From the IMG/VR virus record IMGVR_UViG_3300043331_000919, positions 1 to 64,000 of that record: a stretch of 64,000 nt of DNA; one strand, given 5' to 3'. Made by a program: the position numbers and the translations under genes. The DNA is from a virus. Positions 55,711 through 63,339 of this stretch are shown here, piece after piece. The notes below the pieces were generated by a model. The model searched no databases and had not been told where the DNA came from. It saw nothing but the letters and a program-made list of their open reading frames with translations. The first letter of the stretch is position 1, and the number at the start of each line of letters is the position of its first letter.

Positions 55711-56936
55711 CGCTGGCCCCCGTCGCCCATGCCCAGGCGCTTCTGGAGCATGATCTCGGCCTCGGCCTCCGGCTGCTCCAGGCAGACCATGAAGGCGCGC
55801 TTCAGGGTCCGGCGGTGCAGGTCGGAGACCTCCTTGAACTGCGGGATGCGGCGGCCGTCGGCCTCCATCAGCATCGTGTCGAGGCGGTTGCGGGCGTCGG
55901 CGAGCTTGCGGTTCGCCTCCTTGCCGTACGCCTGTCGCGCGTCGGTCTGGTCGTTGCCGCTCGCGTCCGGCCCGGTGCGCTCGGTGATGCCGTCGTCGAC
56001 CTGCTTGATCGCGTCGCGGATCTCCAGCAGCGGCTCGACGAACGGGTTGGCGGCCGACAGGCACAGCCGCGAGACCTTGTCGATCTGCTCGACGGTGTCC
56101 CACAGCGTGAAGCGGAGCACGACCAGGTCGTCCTCCAGCACCTCGTCGCGACCGTCGAGGAAGGCGTGCGCCTGCAGCGCGCGCATCGAGGCGCGCCAGC
56201 GACGGTCGGAGGGGTAGAGGTGCTCGCGGGTGAACGCGGCCTTCAGGCTGGCGAGCGCCTGGAGTGCGCGCTCGTCGATCTTCACGGCCGGCACGACGTC
56301 GTCGATGACGTCCTTCAGCTCCATCCACTCGATCTCGGTCTCGGGCGCCTTCATGTCGCCCACGAGCAGCTGGCGGAAGTTGTCGGTGTCCTGCAGGTAG
56401 TCCACGACCACCCGGAACAGGAGTCGGTCCCACAGGGCCGCGGCGTCGTCGGACTCCGCGGTCACCATCTCGTTGGACGCGGTGAACGCCGTCGACAGCG
56501 GCGCCGGGTGGCTGGAACGCCCGTTCTCGACCTCGTGGTAGAGCCGCTCGTTGAGCAGCGCCAGCAGGTCGTGGCCGAGGATGCTCGACATCTTGCCGAT
56601 CTCGTCCAGGAAGGCGAACTCCACCTGCGAGGCGAAGTGCTCGCGCTTCAGCACGTAGTCACCGGTCTCGCGGAACCGCTTCACGTCCAGCGGGCCCATG
56701 ACCGCCTCGGTGGGGCGGGTCTTGGAGAGCAGGGTCTCGAAGTAGCGCGCGCCCATGAAGGTGCGCACCATGGCGCGGACCAGGTCCGACTTCGCGGTGC
56801 CCGGAGGGCCCAGCAGGAAGACGTGCTGGCCGCTCAGGACCGCTAGGAGCATCGCGAGGATGGCGTCCGAGCGCTCCAGGTAGGTCGCGTTCAGCTCGTC
56901 CCGCAGGGCGTTGAGCTTGGTGGCGATGGGGTGCAT
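55707..56936 (-). CDS. MoxR-family AAA+ ATPase (RavA-like)
   Basis: HVFLLGPPGTAKS, AFLDEIGK, ASNE, ALWDRLLFR, SDRRW. Confidence 0.88.
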   Translation of the reverse strand: MHPIATKLNALRDELNATYLERSDAILAMLLAVLSGQHVFLLGPPGTAKSDLVRAMVRTFMGARYFETLLSKTRPTEAVMGPLDVKRFRETGDYVLKREHFASQVEFAFLDEIGKMSSILGHDLLALLNERLYHEVENGRSSHPAPLSTAFTASNEMVTAESDDAAALWDRLLFRVVVDYLQDTDNFRQLLVGDMKAPETEIEWMELKDVIDDVVPAVKIDERALQALASLKAAFTREHLYPSDRRWRASMRALQAHAFLDGRDEVLEDDLVVLRFTLWDTVEQIDKVSRLCLSAANPFVEPLLEIRDAIKQVDDGITERTGPDASGNDQTDARQAYGKEANRKLADARNRLDTMLMEADGRRIPQFKEVSDLHRRTLKRAFMVCLEQPEAEAEIMLQKRLGMGDGGQR

Positions 56937-56945
56937 GGTGTCCTC

Positions 56946-57848
56946 TCAGCAGCGCGGCAGGGCCGCGAGTTGGGTGGTGGTGCAGTCGGCGGGTGCAACG
57001 TCCGTTCGCAACCCGCGGAAGACCGGGAACCGCAGGGTGCCCCCGGACGTGATGTTGATGGTCTCGATCTCGCCGACGAGGAGCTCGCCAGCGTCGAGAC
57101 GGGACTTCAGGTCGTGCGTCTGGCGCTCGGTGAACCCAGAGCCACAACGACCGACTGGGACCACGGTCCCGCGCTCGTCCACCAGGGCGAGCAGCAGGGC
57201 GCCGAAGTGCTCGCGCGAGCCGCTGCCGGGCGTGTAGCCGGCGAGCAGGCACGAGACGCGGTGCAGGTGCTTGAACTTCACCCAGTCGCGCGAGCGACGG
57301 CCGAAGCGGTAGCGGGAGACGAGTCGCTTCGCGATCACGCCCTCCATGCCCATGGCGCGGGTCTGCGTCCACAGGCTCATGTCGTACGACACCGGCGCGA
57401 TCAGCACGCCGTCGTCGGCGAGGCGCTCCAGGCGCTCGCGACGCTCGCTCCACGGCTGCTTCGCGAGCGCCGGCAGGTCGAAGGCCACGAATCGACAGGG
57501 GTGCTCGTCAGCGGCCCGGCGGATCTTCGCGGTGATCGACTGCGACTCGCGCATGAGCGTGGTCTCGAACGATCCGTTGACGGCCACGATCTCGCCGTCG
57601 AGCCAGCCGTGTCGGCTGCCCCCGGATTGGTCCGTCATGGCGGCGACGACCTCCGGGAAGATCCGGGCCACGTCGACGCCCTTGCGGTTCAGGATCCGGC
57701 CGTCCGGCATCAGCATGGCCCGCACGCCGTCGAGCTTCGTGTCCAGCACCCAGTCGCCGGTCGCCATGAGTTGGTCCACCTGGACCGGGTCGCGACCGGA
57801 GGCGCCGGTACTGGCGCTCGCGAGCATGGGGAGGAACTCGGCCTGCAT
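56946..57848 (-). CDS. ATP-dependent DNA ligase (LigD/LigC-type ligase domain)
   Basis: KLDGVR, LDGEIV, FVAFD, EGVIAKR, WVKFK, CGSGF, LRFPVF. Confidence 0.92.
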   Translation of the reverse strand: MQAEFLPMLASASTGASGRDPVQVDQLMATGDWVLDTKLDGVRAMLMPDGRILNRKGVDVARIFPEVVAAMTDQSGGSRHGWLDGEIVAVNGSFETTLMRESQSITAKIRRAADEHPCRFVAFDLPALAKQPWSERRERLERLADDGVLIAPVSYDMSLWTQTRAMGMEGVIAKRLVSRYRFGRRSRDWVKFKHLHRVSCLLAGYTPGSGSREHFGALLLALVDERGTVVPVGRCGSGFTERQTHDLKSRLDAGELLVGEIETINITSGGTLRFPVFRGLRTDVAPADCTTTQLAALPRC

Positions 57849-58213
57849 CAGTTCTCCCAGATCCGCCACTCGGCGGACTCGACCTCGCCCGCGAACATCA
57901 GGCGCTCCTGAATCTCGGGGTCACTGGGGCCACCCTCGCCGAGCGAGTCCTCGGCGTCGCCGGCGTGCGACACGTCGCCCTCGTCCCAACGGACGTTGGG
58001 GAAGACCTCGCGCATCTCGGCCTCGGTCAGCGTGATGCTGCGTACGACCTTCTCGGTCTTGCAGATCGTGAACGTCCGCGGGGCGCGGACCTCCTCAGCC
58101 TCCCAGTGCCAACCGTTGCCGATCTTGTCGCAGGCTCGGTCGATGGCCTCCTCCTCGGTCTCGGCCTCCACGTTCATCGTGTAGTGGCCGGACACCTGAA
58201 ACTGCTTGCTCAT
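57848..58213 (-). CDS. Hypothetical acidic protein
   Basis: VEAETEEEAI motif; coupled overlaps. Confidence 0.6.
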   Translation of the reverse strand: MSKQFQVSGHYTMNVEAETEEEAIDRACDKIGNGWHWEAEEVRAPRTFTICKTEKVVRSITLTEAEMREVFPNVRWDEGDVSHAGDAEDSLGEGGPSDPEIQERLMFAGEVESAEWRIWEN

Positions 58214-58554
58214 GACTCCCCCTCTCCGAAGTCGAAGTTCTCGTCGCCGACGATCTCGCGGAACGCGCGCGTCGACTCCAGCTCGGCACCGACCAGCAGC
58301 CCGAGCTCGAATGCGGCCAGCGGGATCGTCGCCTCGGCGCGCTGCTCCGCGGTCTCGCGGTCCACGCCCTCGCGCAGCAGCTGCATCTTGATGAGCGTCT
58401 GCCCACCGCCGAACAGCGCCTGCAGCGCCTGTGCAGTCTCGGCGTTCATCCAGCCGATCTGGATGCCCTGGCTGTGCATGATCCGCTTCGCGATCGTGAT
58501 GACCTGCTCGCTGCGCCGGTTGTTCGGCGGCGGGCCGGCTGGGGTGGCGGTCAC
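58210..58554 (-). CDS. Hypothetical protein
   Basis: GTGA overlap with the ku stop. Confidence 0.55.
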   Translation of the reverse strand: MTATPAGPPPNNRRSEQVITIAKRIMHSQGIQIGWMNAETAQALQALFGGGQTLIKMQLLREGVDRETAEQRAEATIPLAAFELGLLVGAELESTRAFREIVGDENFDFGEGES

Positions 58555-59348
58555 TTCTTCTTCGCTCCCTTCGCGAGCTTCTGCATCTGCGCGATCAGGT
58601 CGTCGTCGCTGACCTTGGCGGCCACGGCCGGCGCGTCCTTGCCCGGCAGGGCCACGGTCTCGCCCTCGGCGAGCATCGCGTCGAGCGCCTGCCCGTACTT
58701 GTCCTCGTACGCCGCAGGGTCGTAGTCGGTCAGGAGGCTCGGCAGCATGCCGTCGAGAGCCGCGTACAGGGCATCGTTCACCACGCCACCGACACTCGGG
58801 GCGGGCTTCACGTTGTCCTGTCGCGCCCGCTTCTCCAGGCACAGCACGCCCTCGCGGACGGTGAGTCGGAACAGCGCGGTCGCGCTCGACGGCGTGTAGA
58901 GCCCGGCGAAGGCCAGCTCGGGGTGCTCGGCCACCAGCCGGGTGAGCAGCTGGTAGTGGTCCGCGGCGCCCGCGTCGGCCGGCGTCAGGTAGTGCAGCGT
59001 GTCGCCCGGGCCGGTGGCGGTGAGGAACTGCTCCGCGGGGTGGGCGACCAGGGACAGGGCGTCCTTGTACTGGCCGCTGTACTCCTCGCGCGCCTCGCCG
59101 ATCGCCTCCTTGTCCACCAGCGTGTAGGTCGAGCCGGTCTTGATGCCCTTGGAGAGGGTGTCGTAGTCGGTGATCGGACCGCACTTCGCGCACTGCTTCG
59201 GCGCCTGCACCGGCAGGTGCTCGTGCTCGGGCTTGCCCGGCTGACCGGAGCACAGGTTGCTCATGGTCGGGGGCCTGGTGATCGCGACCTCGGACTTCGC
59301 GGCGACTGAGAGCAGCCCGAACTGCAGGGTGATCTTGCGTGCTGCCAT
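58551..59348 (-). CDS. ku: Ku-like DNA end-binding protein
   Basis: LQFGLLSV, KGIK..STYTLVD, YDPAAYEDKY, DLIAQM motifs of prokaryotic Ku. Confidence 0.8.
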   Translation of the reverse strand: MAARKITLQFGLLSVAAKSEVAITRPPTMSNLCSGQPGKPEHEHLPVQAPKQCAKCGPITDYDTLSKGIKTGSTYTLVDKEAIGEAREEYSGQYKDALSLVAHPAEQFLTATGPGDTLHYLTPADAGAADHYQLLTRLVAEHPELAFAGLYTPSSATALFRLTVREGVLCLEKRARQDNVKPAPSVGGVVNDALYAALDGMLPSLLTDYDPAAYEDKYGQALDAMLAEGETVALPGKDAPAVAAKVSDDDLIAQMQKLAKGAKKK

Positions 59349-59425
59349 GGGGTGAAACCTCCCGTTGAGGCTTGGGTGATGGGTCGATCATGGTCGCGAA
59401 TGACACGCGTGTCGATCCGCGAGGG

Positions 59426-59443
59426 GACTGGTCTAGACCAGTC
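59426..59443. promoter_or_regulatory. Perfect DasR-responsive element (dre)-like palindrome GACTGGTCTAGACCAGTC
   Basis: 18-bp perfect palindrome upstream of ku; core matches the Streptomyces dre consensus ACTGGTCTAGACCAGT. Confidence 0.6.
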
Positions 59444-59678
59444 AGACAGCGTTGAGGTTCGAGGGGCGCTCGGTGAGGCGCGCGGTCTCGTCCTGAGTGA
59501 TGCTGCCGTGGAGCTTCTCGCCGTGCTGGCGGGCGTGGTGGGCGCACCAGAGAAGGTCGCCGGCCTCGTGCTGCGTGCGCACGTACGCCTGCGCGCCGCA
59601 CCGGTCGCACCGGTCCAGCGCCGTCAGGGGCGCCGTGCTCTCCACGTCCGGTACTTCGACCGCAACGGGCGTTGTCAT
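59442..59678 (-). CDS. Small conserved actinobacterial Zn-binding protein
   Basis: LTALDRCDRCGAQAYV...LLWCAHH. Confidence 0.7.
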   Translation of the reverse strand: MTTPVAVEVPDVESTAPLTALDRCDRCGAQAYVRTQHEAGDLLWCAHHARQHGEKLHGSITQDETARLTERPSNLNAV

Positions 59679-60184
59679 CCGTTCTCCTTCGTCTCGTCGG
59701 ACTCCATGTCGTCCAGCCACTTCCCGATCGCGGCCAGATCGCCCGGGTTGGGCATGGGGTCGAGCGCGGCTGCGTGGGGCGTGAGCCACTCGATCGCCTC
59801 GCGGGGGTCGAACTCGTAGTAGGGCCCGGTCTCCGGGCTGGGAGCCGTGACGAAGCCCCACTGGGAGACCTGCGAGGAGTCGAGGCTGGAGGCGAAGTCC
59901 CACAGCGAGTTCTCGTCGAGACCCGCCTCCTCGGCGTCCAGCGACTCGCCGAACACGAACAGGCATGCGAAGGTCATGCTGGAGAAGTCCTGATCGCTCT
60001 GGTCGAGCGCGATCTTGATCTGGCTCTCGGGGCGCAGCGAGAGCACGTAGTGGCTCAGCGCCAGGAGCACGGCGATCTCAGAGAGCTCGCGCACCTTGCG
60101 GTAGATCTCCCACAGGCCGCCCGGTCCGCCGAGCGCCTTGCTCAGTCGCTCCTGCGCGACCTCGTGCTGCTCCGGCGTCATCAC
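59675..60184 (-). CDS. Hypothetical protein with WLD-like tag (GDLAAIGKWLDD)
   Basis: ORF track; coupled overlaps. Confidence 0.6.
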   Translation of the reverse strand: MMTPEQHEVAQERLSKALGGPGGLWEIYRKVRELSEIAVLLALSHYVLSLRPESQIKIALDQSDQDFSSMTFACLFVFGESLDAEEAGLDENSLWDFASSLDSSQVSQWGFVTAPSPETGPYYEFDPREAIEWLTPHAAALDPMPNPGDLAAIGKWLDDMESDETKENG

Positions 60185-60546
60185 GGCTGCCCCGAGATCT
60201 CAGGGCGGTAGTGGCGGAAGCCGCGGTCGACCAGCTCCTCCATGCTGCGCGGGTGGCCCTCGTCGTCTTCCACGGCGCGCAGCGCGTCGAGTAGGTGGTG
60301 CAGGTCGCCCATGAGGTCGCCGATCGCGAGGAACACCGACTCTCCACTGGCAACGCCCGTTGTGACGGCGTAGTGGTGGACGGCCTTCGCGGCGAAGTGG
60401 GCCCGCCGTTCGTTCTCCTCTCGCGGCGCGATCCCGTGCAGCGGGATACCGGTGTCGGGCAGCGCGTCGAGCGCGTCGGTGGCGCTGAAGACTGCCTTGT
60501 CGACGGGGCGGGCGCGGTAGTCGCTGCCACCCTCGGGTGTGCTCAT
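60181..60546 (-). CDS. Hypothetical protein
   Basis: NERRAHFA...IGDLMGDLHH pattern. Confidence 0.6.
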   Translation of the reverse strand: MSTPEGGSDYRARPVDKAVFSATDALDALPDTGIPLHGIAPREENERRAHFAAKAVHHYAVTTGVASGESVFLAIGDLMGDLHHLLDALRAVEDDEGHPRSMEELVDRGFRHYRPEISGQP

Positions 60547-60704
60547 CGCAGGTTCTCCTCTCGTGGTTCGTGCTCGGCGACGAATGTGTCGTGGGCGTCG
60601 CAGGTCTCGCGCCACAGGCGGTCGTCCCCCGTCGCCTCGGGGTCCACCCAGCGGCCGTCCTCGTCCAGGCAGATCGACCGGCCACAGTGCTTGCAGATCC
60701 TCAC
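60543..60704 (-). CDS. Small Cys/His protein
   Basis: CKHCGRSI...CDAH...HEP. Confidence 0.55.
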   Translation of the reverse strand: MRICKHCGRSICLDEDGRWVDPEATGDDRLWRETCDAHDTFVAEHEPREENLR

Positions 60705-61663
60705 AGCTTCCCCCCTCCGATCAGCGTGACGGCCGCGTGAGCCGCGGCCAGGCGGTGTCCGAGCCACTCGGCCATGCCGACGTGCATGGCGTTGCCGAGC
60801 ATCTGGTAGCGCGCGGAGTCCGGGGCGCCGGTGCCAGCGGTCCAGTCGTCCGGGAAGCCTTGGAGCCGCTCCCACTCGGTCAGGGTCAGCGTTCGCAGGT
60901 GTCCGCCCTGCGAGATCAGGTGGGTCTGCCGGGCCGGACCGCCGCCATCGAAGCCGGTCAGCGTGTTCGCCATGCCGTCGGCGACCCAGGTCTCGTAGCC
61001 ACCCTTGCTCACGGCTGCTCGGGCTCGGGCGGACTTTCGCCAGACAGCATCGAACGCAGCGCCTCCAGCAGGTGCGGGTCCGCACGGTGCCCGCCGGACT
61101 CGATCCGCGGCAGCAGTTTCTCCGCCGAGCTCGGGGTCACCCAGAACCGACCATGCGAGTCGGGGGTCGCCTCCACGATGTCCGACCACGAGGACTCGCT
61201 CGCGTCGCTGGGGCGTGCCGAGGTGTCGCCCGTCCACCACTCGATACGCCCACCCATACCCGAGGTCCCCCAGGACACCGAAGATGGTGGCTGCGTCCCG
61301 CCCCCCGTTGCTCCGGAGGAGTCCGGTGGGGTTCTCGATGACCACCCAGCGGGGCTTGGTGTCGTCGAGGATCCGGGCGAACTCGAAGAAGTGCCCGGAT
61401 CGTCTTCCCGCGAGGCCGGAGCGATGCGGGGCGGCGATGGAGGTGTCCTGGCAGGGGAAGCCTCCTGCGGCGACGTCAGCGCGCGGTAGATCCGATCCGG
61501 CAACGTCACTGATATCTCCCATCAGTTGGGTGTGTGAGAAGTGGCGGCGCAGCACGCGCTGGCAGTGGGCGTCCCACTCGACCTGGCATGCGGTCTCGAT
61601 GCCGGCGCGACTGAAGCCGAGCTCGAATCCGCCGATGCCGGCGAAGAAGGAGTTGGCGATCAC
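60701..61663 (-). CDS. dcm: DNA (cytosine-5)-methyltransferase
   Basis: FAGIGG, GFPCQD, ENP, PQRRERV, EWERLQGFP, LGNAM. Confidence 0.92.
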   Translation of the reverse strand: MIANSFFAGIGGFELGFSRAGIETACQVEWDAHCQRVLRRHFSHTQLMGDISDVAGSDLPRADVAAGGFPCQDTSIAAPHRSGLAGRRSGHFFEFARILDDTKPRWVVIENPTGLLRSNGGRDAATIFGVLGDLGYGWAYRVVDGRHLGTPQRRERVLVVGHRGGDPRLAWSVLGDPELGGETAAADRVRRAPCGPAPAGGAAFDAVWRKSARARAAVSKGGYETWVADGMANTLTGFDGGGPARQTHLISQGGHLRTLTLTEWERLQGFPDDWTAGTGAPDSARYQMLGNAMHVGMAEWLGHRLAAAHAAVTLIGGGKL

Positions 61664-62133
61664 AGGCCCACGTCCTCGCGGTCGGCGGTGATGGTGCGGT
61701 GGGAGCCGTCCTCGCGGGCTGCGTGCCAGTCCTCGTCGCGCTCGACCTCGGTTGCGAAGACCATCTCGCCCTGCGGGTAGAACCCGGCGACCAGGTCGCC
61801 GTTCGCGAGCCGGAACCAGCGCCATTCCGAGCGTGTGTCGTCGCTGTCGGGCAGCGACGTGAGCAACTGCGTGACGGTCGCGTGGTCACGGATCGGGAAG
61901 GATTCTGCGATGAAGAAGGTCTCGCTGCCGCTGGCATCGACGGCCTCGATCATGGCCTCGTGACGCAGCGCCTCGTAGTACCCAAGCACGACGGAGTCGG
62001 CCGGGTTGAGAGCGCCCACGCCAGCGAGGGAGCGCAACGCCTGCGCGACTCCGTGTGGTGTGATCGGCGCGCTGGCGTCGGCCAGGTGTTTGCGCACCGC
62101 GTCGAGCACGACCGTGTCTGGGGAGAAAGTCAC
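61660..62133 (-). CDS. Hypothetical protein
   Basis: GTGA overlaps; WRWFRLANGDLVAGFYPQGE. Confidence 0.55.
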   Translation of the reverse strand: MTFSPDTVVLDAVRKHLADASAPITPHGVAQALRSLAGVGALNPADSVVLGYYEALRHEAMIEAVDASGSETFFIAESFPIRDHATVTQLLTSLPDSDDTRSEWRWFRLANGDLVAGFYPQGEMVFATEVERDEDWHAAREDGSHRTITADREDVGL

Positions 62134-62348
62134 AGGGCCTCCTGGGCGTAGCGCAGCACCGGGCCGCGGCGCCGCCGGAGCGTGACCACGATCCCCGCCG
62201 CTGCACGGGGGTCCACCTTGACGTCGATCAGGGCGAGGTAGGCACCGTACTGCTCGAACACGGTTCGCACAGCTGCGAAGTCGCGCTTCGCGAGTGCCTG
62301 CGTGCGTTTGGACTCGAACGCCCTGTCGGCCTTGGTCTTGTGACTCAT
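62130..62348 (-). CDS. Hypothetical basic protein
   Basis: ATGA overlap. Confidence 0.5.
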   Translation of the reverse strand: MSHKTKADRAFESKRTQALAKRDFAAVRTVFEQYGAYLALIDVKVDPRAAAGIVVTLRRRRGPVLRYAQEAL

Positions 62349-62797
62349 CGCCACATCCTTTCGCCGCCCGCGGCGACCCGGTCGAACGCCTTGTAGTCCC
62401 GGGTCGCGTGGTCGGTGTAGTGGTAGTGCGAGCCGAGCGCAGTGCGCACCGACCCCTGGTGCTGGCCCGTGGTGGGCGAGTAGCGGACCGCCGGCATGAC
62501 CCAGCGACCCAGCGGCCCCGCGGTCTCCAGCCACTCGTCAACTGCGTGCGGGTCGTCGAGTGACGGCAGGATCGCGAGTGTCGGGTCGAACCACGCGATC
62601 GGCGTGGCGTAGGACCAGACCGCGTAGGTCGCGGCCATGAGCGAGTCGTGCCAGCGCTGCGGCAGGCAGCCCGTGGTGAGGCCGAGCCAGGAGTGCTCGT
62701 CGAGCCGCTGCCCGGAGAAGGACTCGCGGTAGTTCGTGAACGAGCGTTGCTCGCGGATCATCGCGATCGCGTCGTCGTTCACGCGGATCTTCTTCAC
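62345..62797 (-). CDS. Hypothetical protein with inserted WLD tag (LDDPHAVDEWLET)
   Basis: YAVWSYATPIAW...[tag]...W.MP..RYSPTTGQHQ. Confidence 0.65.
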   Translation of the reverse strand: MKKIRVNDDAIAMIREQRSFTNYRESFSGQRLDEHSWLGLTTGCLPQRWHDSLMAATYAVWSYATPIAWFDPTLAILPSLDDPHAVDEWLETAGPLGRWVMPAVRYSPTTGQHQGSVRTALGSHYHYTDHATRDYKAFDRVAAGGERMWR

Positions 62798-63339
62798 GGC
62801 GTCTCCAGCCATGCGTCCACCACCTTCGTGTCGTGCAGCGGCACCAGCTGCCGCGCGGGGTAGATCCGGTCGACCAGGGCGAACGGCGAGCCGGTGTCCT
62901 TGGGGTCGCGCGCCGGGTCGCTGATGTGGTTCGGCCACCACGAGGCGTACTCGCGCGCGAAGTTCTTCACGCTCGGGTCCTTGGCGCGCCAGCCTCGCGT
63001 GGCGACCATGACTCGGGTCTGCTCCAGGAAGTTCGCACGGCCGGCGTACTGGCCGATGATCGCGTCGGGGTCGTAGCGGAACATCACCGCGATCCACCAG
63101 CCCCACTCCATCCAGGTGGCGGCGGCGCCGAAGGATTCGGCGCCGTAGCGGCCGGTGTTGCGCCGGCGCCTGCGGTGCGGCGCCTCCTGCCCCTCCAGCG
63201 CGGTGTCGAACTTCCGGGCGCGGCTCCGTGAGCCGGACTCGTCGCAGCGGTCTAGGTAGACGCCGGCGTCGACCAGACCCGCATCCTTCAGGGCTAGGTG
63301 CAGGTCGCGGTAGGTCATGCGGTCGGTGTGGATCAGCAC
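62794..63339 (-). CDS. Hypothetical protein with C-terminal WLD tag (LHDTKVVDAWLETP)
   Basis: GSRSRARKF...AATWMEWGWW...DPDA. Confidence 0.65.
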   Translation of the reverse strand: MLIHTDRMTYRDLHLALKDAGLVDAGVYLDRCDESGSRSRARKFDTALEGQEAPHRRRRRNTGRYGAESFGAAATWMEWGWWIAVMFRYDPDAIIGQYAGRANFLEQTRVMVATRGWRAKDPSVKNFAREYASWWPNHISDPARDPKDTGSPFALVDRIYPARQLVPLHDTKVVDAWLETP

